Below, in pieces: positions 39,985-54,100 of a stretch of 64,000 bases of DNA (position 1 is its first letter; each line of letters starts with the position of its first letter). The DNA is from the human T2T-CHM13v2.0 reference genome, Homo sapiens: assembly GCF_009914755.1 (NCBI RefSeq), contig NC_060931.1; one strand, written 5' to 3'. The notes under the pieces were generated by a model. That model was not told the DNA's origin. It made no database searches and worked only from the letters and a program-made list of their open reading frames with translations. A program made the position numbers and the translations under genes.

Positions 39985-42900
39985 TAGTGTCCATAATAAT
40001 GAGAGACTTCAACATTCCAATGACAGTATTAGAAAGATCATCGAGGCAGAAAATTAACAAAAATATTCAGAGCCTGAACTCAAGATAAGACCAAATGGAT
40101 CTGATAGACTTCTACAAACTCTCCACCCCAAAACAACAGAATATACATTATTCTCATCTAAAATCAACCACATAAGGCCAGGTGTGGTAGCTTATGCCTG
40201 TAATCCCATCACATTGGGAGGGCAAGACGGGCAGATTGCTTGAGCTCAGGAGTTCGAGACCAGACTAGGCAACATGGGGAGACCCTGTCTCTACTAAAAA
40301 TACAAAAAAATACCTGGGTGTAATGGTGTGTGCCTATGGTCTCAGCTACTTCAGGAGGCTGAGGTGAGAGCATCACATGAGCCTGGGGAGCAAAGATTAC
40401 AGTGAGCCAAGACTGCACCAGTGAACTCCAGCCTGGGTGACAGAATGAGACCTTGTCTCAAAATAAATAAATAAATACGTAAACACAATAACAAATAAAT
40501 TCATAAATAAAATTGGCCACATAAATGAACATAAAACAATCCTCAGCAAATACAAAAGAACCAAAATCATACCAAACACACTCTTGAACCACAGCCCAAT
40601 AATAATAGAAGTCAAGGGTATGAAAATCACTCAAAACCATGCAATTACATGGAGATCAAACAACATGCTCCTAAATGACTTTTCCACAAATAATGAAATT
40701 AAGGCAGAAATCAAGAGGTTCTTTGAAAATAATGATAACAAAGGTACGTACAACATACTAGAATCCCTGGGACACAGCTAAGGCAGTGTTAAGTGGGAAA
40801 TTCATAGCACCAGATACCCATATCAAAAAGTTAGAAAGTTCTCAAATTAACAACTTAACATCACAACTGAAAGAATTAGTGAAACAATAAGAAGTCAACC
40901 CCAAAGCTAGCAGAATACAAGAAATAACAAAAATCAGAGTTGAACTGAAGAAAATCGAGACATAAAAAAGCATTCAAAAGATCAACAAATCCAGGGGTTC
41001 CTGTTTTGAAAACAATAAGGTAGATAGGCCACTATCTAGACTAATAAGAAAAGAGAGAAGAATCAAATAAATATAATTAGAAATAACAAAGGGAATGCTA
41101 CCACTGACCCAAAAGAAATAAAAACAGCCATCAGAAACTAGTACGAACACCTCTATGAACACAAACTAGAAAACGAAGAGATGGATAAATTCCTGGACAC
41201 ATGCACCTTCCCAAGACTGAACCAAAAAGAAATATATTCCCTGAACAGACAATAATGAACTCCAAACTTGAATCAGTTATACATACTTTAGCAGCCAAAG
41301 AAAGACCAGGAAATGATGAGTTCACAGCCAAATCCTACTGGATGTACAAAGAAGAGTGGGTAGCATTCCAACTGAAACAATTCCAAAGAATTGAAGAGGA
41401 GGAACTCCTCCCCAACTCATTCTATGAGGCCTGCATCATCCTGATACCAAAACATGACAGAGACACAACAAAAAAAGAAAACTTCAGGCCAATATTCTTG
41501 ATGAACATCAATGCAAAAATCCTCAACAAAATTCTTGCAAACCAAAATCAGCAGCACATCAAACAGCTGATCCACCATGATCAAGTAGACTTCATCTGTG
41601 GATGCAAGGTTGCTTCAACATATGCAAATCAATATATGTAATTCATCACATAAACAGAACAAAAAAAGAAAAACCACATGGTTATCTCAATAGATGCAGA
41701 AAAGGCTTTTTATAAAATTCATCACCACTTCATGTTAAAAACTCTCGACAAACTAGGTATTGAAGGAATATACCTCAAAATAACAAGAGATATCTATGAC
41801 AAACGCACAGCCAACATCATACTGAATGGCTAAAAGTTTTCATTTGCCTTGAAAACTGGCACAAGACAAGGAGACCCTCTCTCACCACTTTTATTCAACA
41901 GAGTATTGGATGTCCTAGCTAGAGCAATCAGGCAAGAGAAAGAAATAAAGGGCATCCAAATAGCAAGAGAGGAATTCAAACTACCTGTTTACAGAAGACA
42001 TGATTCCATATGTAGAAAACCCCATTGTCTCAGCCCAAAAGCTCCTTCAGCTGATAAACAACTTTGGCAAAGTTGCAGGATACAAAATCAATGTATAAAA
42101 ATCACTAGCATTCCTATACCCCAACAACAGTCAAGCTGAGAGCCGAATCAGGAAAACAATCCATTCATGATTGCCACAAAAAGAATAAAATACTTAGGAA
42201 TACAGCTAACCATGGAGGTGAAAGATCTCTGCAATGAGGATTACAATACACTGCTCAAAGAAATCACAGAAGACACAAACAAATGGAAAAACATTCCATG
42301 CTTATTAATAGAAAGAATCAGTATCATTAAGATGGAGGTACTATTGAGAGCAATTTTACAGATTCAGTGCTATCTCTAACAAACTAATAGGGAAATTATT
42401 TATAGAACTAGAAAAAAAAACCCCTATTTTTAAATTCATATCGAACCCAAGAGCCCAAATAGCCAAAGCAATCCTAAGCAAAAAGAACAAAGCTGGAAGC
42501 ATCACATTATCCAACTTCAAACTATACTACAGAGCTACCATAACCAAAATATCATGGTACTGGTACAAAAACAGGCACATAGATCAATGGAACAGAACAG
42601 AGAGCCCAGAAATAAGACTGCATACCTATGATCATCTGATCTTCAACAAAACTGACAAAAACAAGCAATGGGGAAAAACTTCCCTATTCAATAAATAATG
42701 TTGGGATAACTGGCTAGCCATATGGAGAAGATTGAAGCTGGGCCCCTTCCTTACACCATGTACAAAAATCAACTCAAGATGAATTAAAACCTTAAATGTA
42801 AAACCCCAAACTATAAAAACCCTGGAAGACAACCTAGACAATACCATCCTGGACATAGAAACGGGCAAATATTTCATGACGAAGACACCAAAAGCAATCA

Positions 42901-43115
42901 CAACAAAACCAAAAATTGACAAGTGGGATTTAATTAAACGTATGAGCTTCTGCACTGCAAAATAAACTATCAATAGAGTAAACAGACAACCTACAGAATT
43001 GGAGAAACTTTTTGCAAACTATGCATCTGATAGTGGTCTGATATTGAACATTTATAAGGAACTTAAACAAATTTACAAGGAAAGAATGAATAACCCCATT
43101 AAAAAGTGAGCAAAG
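39985..43115 (+). mobile_element. Host L1 (L1PA13-16/L1PREC2-like), ORF2 5' part
   Basis: ORF2 remnants [16 protein letters not shown]...[22 protein letters not shown] and [16 protein letters not shown]. Confidence 0.9.
40176..40510 (+). mobile_element. AluJ-like
   Basis: GATTGCTTGAGCTCAGGAGTTCGAGACC and GAGACCTTGTCTC; degenerate TSD AATCAACCACATAA/AATTGGCCACATAA. Confidence 0.88.
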
Positions 43116-44471
43116 GGGAGCTCCAGACAGAGCATCATACAGAGGCTCGCGTCGTGAAGTTTAGCTCCAGATCAACTGCAAGAACAAACCAGCAATCCTG
43201 AGAGGACCCACAGACCCCCTGAAGGAAGCAGACTGCTCCTGCAGGACCCAGGAGACACCCTAAATACTGTGAGTGCCCAACTGCAGAAGTGGGAAAGGGA
43301 GACCCTCCTCTCCCAAACACACACCCCACTGGAGAAACTAAAGGTCTGTTTGCAGGAAAAGTTTCTGACCTTACCTGGGGCTGAATCAATTTAGACAGCC
43401 GAGTGAAATACAGGGGTAGAGAAAGCAGCAGAAAGGCCCTTGGAGCTTGCTGGGTCCCCAAGCAGGCCATTCCTGTCTGGCACCACAGGGATCCATCAGG
43501 AGGGTGGCCAGAGGTAAAACTCCACAGGGAGAAGGAAATCTCTAGATGAACTTCCTAACAATTTGAAGGGGGCAAGAAGCCACCTGGCCACAACTCAAGG
43601 GAGGGTGCAAATCTGGTGTCCAGACTCCACAGGCAGGGGAAGAACCAAGCCCTTTTCTTTCACAGCTGGGAGGCGGGTAGCCTGGGGCAAGTTTTCAAGC
43701 CTGTCTTGCCCACTGCCTAGAAACAGACTCAGGGCTGTTGGTGGGGGGCATGGTGGGAGTGAGACCAGCCCTTCAGTTTCTGTGGGAGCTGAGTGGAACC
43801 TGTGACTGCCAGCTTTCTCTGACAGTCTACACGACTCAGCAGAGACAGCTATAATCCTCCTAGGTACAGAACTCCAGTGACCTCACCGCCATCCCCCACA
43901 GCAGCTGCAGCAAGATTCGCCCAAAGAGAGTCTGAGCTCAGACATGCCTAGCTCCGCCCCGACCTGATGGTCCTTCCCTACCCACCCCGGTAGCAGAAGA
44001 CAAAGGGCATATAAACTTGGGAGTTCTAGGGCCCTGCCCACCACAGTCCCTCTCCATACTACTATAGCTGATGCTCTCTGGAAATCACCACCTCCCAGCA
44101 GGAAGCCAACCACCACAAAAATAGAGCATTAAACCACCTAAGTGAAGAACCCTCATGGAGTCCATTGCATGCACCGGCACCGCCTCCACCAGAACAGGTG
44201 CTGGTATCCATGGCTGAGAAACCCATAGATGGTTCACATCACAGGACTCTGTGCAGACAATCCCCAGTACCAGCGTACCAGCCCAGGGCTGGGTAGACTT
44301 GCTGGGTGGCTAGATCCAGAAGAGAGACAACGATCACTGCAGTTCGGCTCTCAGGAAGCCACATCCATAGGAAAATGGGAGAGTACTACATCAAGGGAAC
44401 GCCCCGTAGGACAAAAGAATCTGAACAACAGCCTTCAGCCCTAGACCTTCCCTCTGACAGAGCCCACCCAA

Positions 44472-45460
44472 ATGCGAAGGAACCAGAAAACCAACCCTGG
44501 TAATATGACAAAACAAGGCTCTTCACTCCCCAAAAATCACACTAGTTCACCAGCAATGGATCCAGACAAAGAAGAAATCCCTTATTTACCTGAAAAAGAA
44601 TTCAGCAGGTTAGTTTTTAAGCCAATCTGGGAGACACCAGAGAAAGGCGAAGCCCAATGCAAGGAAATCCAAAAAATGATACAAGAAGTGAAGGGAGAAA
44701 TATTCAAGGAAATAGAGAGCTTAAAGAAAAAACAATAAAAATTTCAGGAAATTTTGGACACACTTTTAGAAATGTGAAATGCTCTGGAAAGTCTCAGCAA
44801 TAGAATTGAACAAGTAGAAGAAAGAAATTCAGAGCTCAAAGACAAGGTAACCCAATCCAACAAAGACAAAGATGAAATAATAAGAAAATATGAACAGAGC
44901 CTCTGAGAAGTCTGGGATTATGTTAAATGACCAAACCTAAGAATAATTGGTGTTCCTGAGGAAAAAGATAATTCTAAAAGCTTGGAAAACATATTTGGGG
45001 GAATAATCAAGGAAAACTTCCCTGGCCTTGCTAGAGACCTAGACATCCAAATACAAGAAACGCAAAGAACGCCTGGGAAATTCATCACAAAAAGAGCATC
45101 AGTTAGGCACATTGTCATCAGGCCATCCAAAGTTAAGACACAGGAAAGAATCTTAAGAGCTGTGAGACAGTAGCACCAGGTAACCTATAAAGGAAAACCT
45201 ATCAGATTAACAGCAGATTTCTCAGCAGAAGCCCTCCAAGCAAGAAGGGACTGGGGCCGTATATTCAGCCTCCTCAAACAAAACAATTATCAGCCAAGAA
45301 TTTTGTATCCAGCGAAACTAAGCATCATATATGAAGGAAAGATATAGTCTTCTTCAAACAAACAAATGCTGAGAGAATTTGTCATTACCAAGCCACCATT
45401 ACCAGAACTACTAATAGGAGCTCTAAATCTTGAAACAATTCCTGGAAACACATCAAACAG
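44472..45460 (+). pseudogene. L1 ORF1p remnant
   Basis: MRRNQKTNPGNMTKQGS..., ENIFGGIIKENFPGLARDLDIQIQE, LREFVITKPPL; broken by stops. Confidence 0.85.
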
Positions 45461-45569
45461 AACCTCTTTAAAGCATAAATCACACAGGACCTATAAAACA
45501 AAAACACAAGTTAAAAAGCAAAAACAGAAAACAAAAGAACCAAAGTACACAGGCAACAAAGAGCACAAT

Positions 45570-48500
45570 GAATGCACGGTGCCTCACATTTCAATACTAT
45601 CCTTGAATGTGAATGACATAAGTGCTCCACTTAAAAGATACAGAACCGCAGAATGGATAAGAACTCACCAACCAAGTATCTGCTGCCAGTGAGAGAATCA
45701 CCTAACATATAAAGACTCACATAAACTTAAGTAAAGAAGTGGAAAAAGGCATTTCATGCAAATGGACACCAAAAGCAAGCAGGTGTCCATTCTTATATCA
45801 GACAAAACAAACTTTAAGGCAACTGCAGTTAAAAGAGGCCAAGAAGGACATTATATAATGGTAAAAGGCTGTGTCCAACAGGAAAATATCACAATCCTAA
45901 ACATATATTCACCTAACACTAGAGCTCCCAAGTTTATAAAACAGTTACTAATAGACCTAAGAAATAAGATAGACAGCAACACAGTAATAGTAGGGGACTT
46001 CAGTACTTCATCGACAGGACTAGACAGGTCGTCAAGACAAAGTCAACAAGGAAACAATGGATTTAGACTATACGTTGGAACAAATGGACTTAACAGATAT
46101 ACATAGAACATTTCATCTAACAGCTGCAGAATACACGTTCTATTCAATAGCCCCTGAAACTTTCTTCAAGATAGACTGTATGATAGGTAATAAAACAAGC
46201 CTCAATAAATTTAAGAAAATTGAAATTATATCAAGCACTCTCTCCGACCACAGGGGAATAAAACTGGAAATCAACTCCACAAGGAACCTTCAAAATCATG
46301 CAAATACATAGAAATTAAGTAACCTGCTCCTGAGTAAGCATTGGGCCAAAAATGAAATCAAGATGGAAATTTAAAAATTCTTCGAACTGAGTGACAACAC
46401 AACCTAACAAAACCTCTGGGATACAGCCAAGGCGGTGCTAAAAGGAAAGTTCATAGCCCTAAACGCCTACATCAAAAAGACTGAAAGAGCACAAACTGAC
46501 ATTCTAAGGTCACACCTCAAGGAACTAGAGAAAGAAGAACAAACCAAACCCAAACCCAGCAGAAGAAAGGAAATAGCCAAGATCAGAGCAGAGCTAAATG
46601 AAATTGAAACAACAACAACAACAAAAATCAGTACAAATGATAAATGAAAGAAAAAGCTGGTTCTTTGAAAAGATAAATAAAAGTGATAGACCATTAGCAA
46701 GATTAACCAAGAAAATGAGAGAAAATTCAGATAACTTCACTAAGAAACAAAACGAGATATTACAACTGACACCACTGAAATACAAAAGATCATTCAAGGC
46801 CACTATGAACACCTTTACACACACAAACTGGAAAACCCAGAAGAGATGGATCAATTCCTGAAAAAAATACAACCCTCCTAGCTTACATCAGGAAGAATTA
46901 GATACCCTAAACAGACCAATAACAAGCAGTGTGATTGAAATGCTAATTTTAAAATTACCAACAAAAGTCCAGGACCAGATGGATTCACAGCAGAATTCTA
47001 CCAGACATTCAAAGAAGAAGTGGTACCAATCCTTTTGACACTATTCCACAAGATAGAAAAAGAAGGAACCATCCCTAATCTACACTATGAAGCTAGCATC
47101 ACCCTAATACCAAAGCCAGGAAAGGACATAACCAAAAAAGAAAACTACAGACTGATACCCTTGATGAACATAGATGCTAAAATTTTTAACAAAACACTAG
47201 CTAACTGAATCCAACAACATATCAAAAAGATAATTCACCGTGATCAAGAGGGTTTTATACCAGGGATGCAGGGATGGTTTAACATATGCAAGTTAGTAAA
47301 TGTGATACACCACATAAACAGAATTAAAAAACAAAAATTACATGATCATCTCATTCCCTTTATGATTAAAACTCTCAGCAAAATCAGCATACAAGGGACA
47401 TATGTCAATGTAATAAAAGCCGGCTATGACAAACCCACAGCCAACATAATACTGAATGGGGAAAAGTTGAAAGCATTCCATCTGAGAACTGGAGCAAGAC
47501 AAGGATGCTCATTTTCACCACTCCTCTTCAACATAATACTGGAAGTCCTGGCCAGAGCAATCAGACAAGAGAAAGAAAGAAAAGGCAGCCAAATCAGTAG
47601 AGAGGAAGTCAGACTGTCACTGTCTGCTGATAATATGATTATTTACCTTGAAAACTCTAAAGACTCCTCCAGAAAGCTCCTAGAACTGATAAAAGAATTT
47701 AGCAAAGTTTCCAGATACAAGATTAATGTACACAAGTCAGTAGCTCCTCTGTTCACTAACAGACACCAAGCAGAGAATCAAATCAAGAACTCAACCCCTT
47801 TTACAATAGTTGCAGTAAAATAAAATAAAATACTTAGGGATACACCTAACCAAGGAGTCAAAAGACCTCTACAAGGAAAACTACAAAACACTGCTGAAAG
47901 AAATCATAGATGACACAAACAGTGGAAACACATCCCATGCTCCTGGATGGGTAGAATCAATATTGTAAAAATGACCATAGTGCCAAAAGCCATCTACAAA
48001 ATCAATGCAGTCCCCATCAAAATACCACCATCATTCTTCACAGAATTAGAAAAAACAATTCTAAAATTTATATGGAATGAAAAAAGAGCCCACGTAGCCA
48101 AAGCAAGACTAAGCAAAAAGAAGAAATCTGGAGGCATCACACTACCAGATTTTAAGCTATGCTATAAGGCCATAGTCACCAAAACAGTGTGGTACTGGTA
48201 TAAAAACAGGCAAATAGACTAATGGAGCAGAATAGAAAACCCAGAAATAAACCCAAATACTTATAGCTAACTAATCTCCAGCAAAGCAAACAAAAAACAT
48301 AAAGTAGGGGAAAGGACACCCTTTTCAACAAATAGTCTGGGATAATTGGCTAGCTACATGTGGGAGAATGAAACTGGATCCTCATCTTTCACCTTATACA
48401 AATATCAACCAAGGTGGATTAAGGACTTAAAACTAAGACCTGAAACTATAAAATTCTAGAAGATAACGTTGGAAAAAAACCTTCTAGGCATTGGCTTCGG

Positions 48501-49300
48501 CAAGGATTTCATGACTAAGAACCCCAAAGCGAATGCAATAAAAACAGATAAATAGCTGAGACCTAATTAAACTGAAGAGCTTTTTCACAGCAAAAAGAAC
48601 AGTCAGCAGAGTAAATAGACAACGCACGGAGTGGGAGAAAATCTTCACAATCTATACATCTGACAAAGAACTAATACCCAGAATCTACAACAAACTCAAA
48701 CAAATCAGTAAGAAAAAGACAAACAAGCCCATCAAAAAGTGGGCTAAAGACATGAACAGAAAATCCACAAAATAAGATATACAGATGGCCACAAACATAT
48801 GAAAAAATGCTCAACATCACTAATGATCAGGGAAATTCAAATCAAAACCACAGTGCAATACCACCTTACTCCAGCAACAAAGGCCACGATTTAAAAAAAT
48901 TAAAAAAAAAATAGATGTTGGTGGGATGCTGTGATCAGGGAACATTTCTACACTGCTGGTGGGAATGTAAACTAGTATAGCCACTATGGAAAACAGTGTG
49001 GAGATTCCTTAAAGAACTTAAGGTAGAACTACCATTTGATCCAGCAATACTGCTACCTGGTATGCACCCAGAGGAAAAGAAGTCATTGTTCGAAAAAGAT
49101 GCTTGTACAGGCATGTTTATAGCAGCACAATTCACAATTGCAAAATTGTGGAACCAACCCAAATGCCCATCAATCAACAAGTGGATAAAGAAACTGTGGC
49201 ATATATATATACGATGGAATACTACTCAGCCATAAAAATGAATGAATTAACAGCATTTGCAATGACCTGGATGAGATTGGAGACTCCTAGTCTAAGTAAA
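45570..49300 (+). pseudogene. L1 ORF2p remnant (endonuclease and RT)
   Basis: [35 protein letters not shown]; the catalytic FADD motif has decayed to SADN; many stops and frameshifts. Confidence 0.88.
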
Positions 49301-49685
49301 TCAGGAATGGAAAACCAAACATCGCATGTTCTCAGTGATATGTGGGAGCTAAGTTATGAGGACGCACAGGCATTAGAATGATACAATGGACTTTGGGGAC
49401 CAAGGGGAAGAATGGGAGAGGTCAAGGGATAAAAGACTACAGATAAAGGTACAGTGTACACTGCTCGAGGGATGGGTGCACCAAAATCTCAAAAATAACC
49501 ACTGAAGAACTTACTCATGCAACCAAATACCACCTGTACCCCAATAACTTATGAAAAAATAAAATAATGTATGGGTTATCCTGGTAAACAATTATTTCAA
49601 AAATTTATTTTAGTAATAGGAATCTGGCTATTGTACTGGTAATAAAACTACTAAATGAGACCCCCCTCAAAAAAAGTGGGCAAAG

Positions 49686-50510
49686 AACATGAACAGACTC
49701 TTTTCAAAAGAAGACATTCATGTGGCCAATATGCATATGAAAAAAGCTCAATATCACCTATCATTAGAAAAATGCAAATCAAAACCACAATGAGATACTA
49801 TCTCACAACAGTCAGAGTGGCCATTATCAAAATGTCAAAAAATAATAGATGCTGGTGAGGTTGTGGAGAAAATGGAACACATATACACTGTTGGTGGGAG
49901 TGTAAATTAGTTCAGCCCTGTGGAAGGAATTATAGCAATTCCTCAAAGAGCTAAATGCAGAACTATCATTTTACCCAGCAATCACACTACTGGCTATATA
50001 GCCGGAGAAATATAAATAATTCTACCATAAAGACACATGCACGTGAATATTTTTTGCAGCACTATTCACAATAGCAAAGGCATGGAATCAACCTAAATTT
50101 CCATCATTGACAGATTGGATAAAGAAAAAGTGGTACATATATACTATGGAATACTATGCTGCCATAAAAAGAATGAGATCATGTCTTTTGTGGGAACACA
50201 GATGGAGCTGGATGCTATTATCTTTAGCAAACTAACACAGGAACAGAAAATCAAATACTGCATGTTCTCACTTAAAAGTGGGAGCTAATTAATGAGAACT
50301 TATAAATGCAAAGAAGGAAACGAGATACTGGGGTCTACTTGAGGGTGGAGGGTGGGAGGAGGAGAAGAGCAGAAAAGATAACTGTTGGGTACTGGGCTTA
50401 ATATCTGGGTGTTGAAATAATCTGTACAACAAACCCTGTGACACAAGTTTACCTTTGTAACAAACTTCCACGTGTATCTCAAAACCTAAAATAAAACTTA
50501 AAAAAATAAA
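49686..50510 (+). mobile_element. Host L1 3' part (continuation of 39985-43115)
   Basis: Resumes exactly at ACATGAACAGAC after GCAAAG; 3' UTR AGCAGAAAAGATAACTGTTGGGTACTGGGCTTAAT; A-tail. Confidence 0.9.
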
Positions 50511-50719
50511 AGCAAATGGATCTTTTTAAGCAAAACAAAACAAAAAACTTCCTTTTTCCACAGCCACCTTCAGCAAGCAATTGCATCTTCAAAACTCCAA
50601 AAGTTCCCTTTTATTTATTATTTTGATAAAAGTGAAAGAAGGTTCTTATGATTTTGCTTGTCATTCTTGGGTTCAAAAATAAATCCTATGATTACTTCAG
50701 TACTTCAGACATGCGCACA

Positions 50720-50772
<53 letters not shown>

Positions 50773-50776
50773 TCTC
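50720..50776. repeat. (CT)n microsatellite
   Basis: Long TC run with two TG interruptions. Confidence 0.9.
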
Positions 50777-51066
50777 AGCATAATAACCCAAACTGTAAAT
50801 GTCCATCAAACCTGTAACTTCTTGTTCCCCCAAATCAGCCCAGCAATGGGAGAACAAATGAATAGTTGCCATCTGCCTTTCCATCACTCACTTCTCTCTA
50901 CCCTGGACTAGTTGTGGCTTCTGACATATTCAAGACAATAGCAAAGCCATTTTAGCACTTATCACCTCTCATAAATATAATCTTCTGGATGGCCAACCAA
51001 CAGCCAACAAACCTGCTGACCTCTTTCACTTCTTCTCTTTTAAGTCCTCTGTGGGACCGAAGTATT

Positions 51067-51140
51067 AAGGGGGCCCAAAACGAGTTCCTGCATAGTTTGT
51101 CATAAGGGGGCCCAAAACTAGTTCCTGCATATTTTGTCAT
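51067..51140. repeat. 37-bp tandem duplication (2 copies)
   Basis: AAGGGGGCCCAAAAC[G/T]AGTTCCTGCATA[G/T]TTTGTCAT twice, 2 mismatches. Confidence 0.92.
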
Positions 51141-54100
51141 TACCACATGGTTAGCTAGCTCCTTATTTTGCAGTGAGGGGGGTAGTGGTGCCAAAAATAG
51201 GTTTTCTTGAGAGTTCACAAAAGTAAAATGGAAACATCCCTATTTTAACATCCTACTACATCCAGTGGGCTCTCAAGTTTAATAAATGAGCAGCAGCAGC
51301 AGAAAGGTAAAGTTGAGTTTCCTCATATCTTGACTATTCTGCACTTTGGCCCTGATGATAGTCCCTTCCCAATTCCTATTGGCTTTGCTTCACCAAGCCT
51401 TACAATATAAGCATCTAGAAAACATTACATTAAGTGTCAAGAGGTATGAATGCTACTTTGGTTTTACTGCTTCCTAGCACTGTAACCATAGAAGGATTGT
51501 TTGGTATTTCTTATCTGGTTTCCTTGCTGGTACTCCAGGGCAATAAGCCCTTCCTTCCTCAAAATGTTACTCAGATCAAGATTAAGTCTATGAAAGCACT
51601 AAATATGAAGTGTTACTCACATACAAGCATACTAGATTTCTTTGGTTCCCTTCACTCAGAGCATAATCTTGCTATAGAAAGCAGCTATGCTTTTCTGTTT
51701 ACCTGTTAAGTATAATTGTGTTTCATATTTTTGCCAACTCATGGCTGGCAATTAGTTCTTCATGCAGTTTTCAAATCATGACCTTCACTGTTGCTTTCTT
51801 ATAGTAAGATCAATTTAATGCCACAGCAGTCATTAAAGCATTTTAAATAAGATGTTTCAGCCAAAAAAATATTGTTTTTCATATGTTTCCATATTGAATT
51901 GTTTGGTTTGCCACAAACAAGGAAGGTACTTTTTTCTCACCAAAAGGAGGTACAATGAATGTGCAGTTGGTTGTTGCTATCTGAAAATATTCAAATTCTA
52001 TGATTTAATTACCTGATGTTCAGTTTAATAGACAATGTAGAGAATGGGTAGCTGCAAGCTAAAACATATAATTATACATATCTTAAGAGGTCTAGTTACA
52101 TAGAGTTTCCTACTAGAAATTTTAATTATTGTGTTTTCCTCAGGTTAATATGCTTAGTTTTATCCAGAGACCCCAGGGAGGTCTGTGAACCATGGTGTAA
52201 AACCACTAGACTAAAGGGGTTTAAGTTGAGCCTCTTTCTCCATTTTTAAAATTTGGTTTCTTTACATTTAGCCTTATTTCTTCACTTTGTTTTTACTAAT
52301 CTTCCTAAAACCATCTAGAGGTAGTTTGATATTCACTTGACTGTCATATAAAATAGAGCAGTATTTCCATACAACGGAGGACGCTTACACGGTAGTTCTA
52401 GTCTGTTTCAATGCAAGGTTTGAAGATATAAACCACTGAATTTTTACTTGACTTGCAAGATCACAGAATAATTATTTTTATTTATTACGCATTAGTATTC
52501 ATAGAATAATAACTTTGACTTGATTTTAAAGTTTATAGAATAATAGGAAATATACAAAAAAGTATTATTTTATGTTTTTACAAGCAATGATTTACATGTA
52601 TATGTTTTTGTTGTTTTGTTTGTATAAAAAATATCAATGAATACATTCTTTTTTAATAAAGATGTAAAGAATAAAAATGTATATGAAGCATAACCCTATT
52701 TTTCCTTTGACTGTCCATGTCCCCATGCAAAAGAAAGCCGCAGTCAGTACTTTGTAGTTCATTCTTCCAGTATCCTTGTATAAATATAGAATTTTTTTAA
52801 AGAAATGAAGAAAAAAGAAGCAATCTCATAGGGCTTTATGGATTATTTCTAGCACCATTTCAAGGAATTTTTTTAAAAAATCTCTAAGTATAAATATCTA
52901 TAGCATAGAAAAGATGACTATTTATCCTCTTAGTATAACCCCCATTTAGAAAGAAACTGCAAACACATTAGTATCTATCTAATCTAAATATAATGACGAA
53001 ATTGTAAATAAAGTACTACCAAATGAAAATCAGTGGTGCACAAAAATAGTAGTATGGTTTGCTACTACCATAGCCATACTACTTTCACTACTTACATACA
53101 TCAAGCAATAAATTGCATGTGTTTTCTAGTCTTAAATTTTCCCTCCTTCATGAGGCTAGAGAGCACATCTGCATAACCTGAGCTCCAGCCTCCTGCAAGA
53201 CTCTAAAATTCCTAGAGGCTTCAAAGGTAACATTTCAAACTTGCCATTTTGGCTTTCCTTATTCCTCAATTCTTTAATCCAAGTGTTCCTTATTTTTGTA
53301 AACTTTTATAGACATACTATATTTTCTATAATATTTCTCTATAATATTAAAAGGGGATTGAAGAGATGCCTATATCAGTTAGCTTAGTCCACTGGAATTG
53401 CCAAAAATTCATGATTTATTTATTAAAAAGTGCATCCAGTAACATCCCCAGAAATGTACAATAATATATGTGAACTACTGTAAAATGATCATCATGATCT
53501 TAAAGATTCTTAACTACTTTCTGAAAAGATCAAATTTTAATTAGGAGAGATATTACCTTATATTTTACTGTGATTTAATTCTCAAAATTTTGATTTCTAT
53601 ATGTAAAATATAAAGTAACTTGTATTTAATCAAAAATCATTGCAAATTCCCCCTTCATTCAATCTGGGAAACAGAGATGTGTAATTTGTATTTCTGTCAT
53701 CCATTTAGCCACAATTTAGTCTATTACAAGACTCAACTTTACAAAAGTAAAAAATGATAGATATTACAAATAGGACAAAGTTATATTCTCTTTCCACAAG
53801 ATTTGAAACACATATAAAAGCCATATGAAATATTATATACTAGGATATACTAGGATATGGGTCTCTTTTTAGAAGTAAAAAGTGTCAAAATCCCATTTTC
53901 AAAGCTTGGAAACTAATGAGTTACAGCTGTGAGATAGTGAAAGCTTACTTTTTATAATTATGCTAACAAATTTTAGGATATATCTCTGGCTCTGGTACCT
54001 CATCATTAGCTGAGTCTAAGGGAAATAACAGAATGTCAGCAGGAGAAATGACTCCTCTGCTTGAGATTTTACTAGATAAAGCATGTTACTTTGATTAGAA

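Larger units (their letters stand above)
43116..49567 (+). mobile_element. Near full-length L1PB (L1PB1/L1PBa 5' UTR), inactive
   Basis: L1PBa-type 5' UTR (GAAGGAAGCAGACTGCTCCTGCAGGACCC), ORF1 and ORF2 remnants, L1PB1 3' end ACTTACTCATGCAACCAAATACCACCTGT; 15-bp TSD at 43101-43115 and 49671-49685. Confidence 0.92.

Noticed and set aside
43116-49567. Retrotransposition-competent L1
   Set aside because: Numerous stops and frameshifts, and a decayed RT catalytic motif (SADN).
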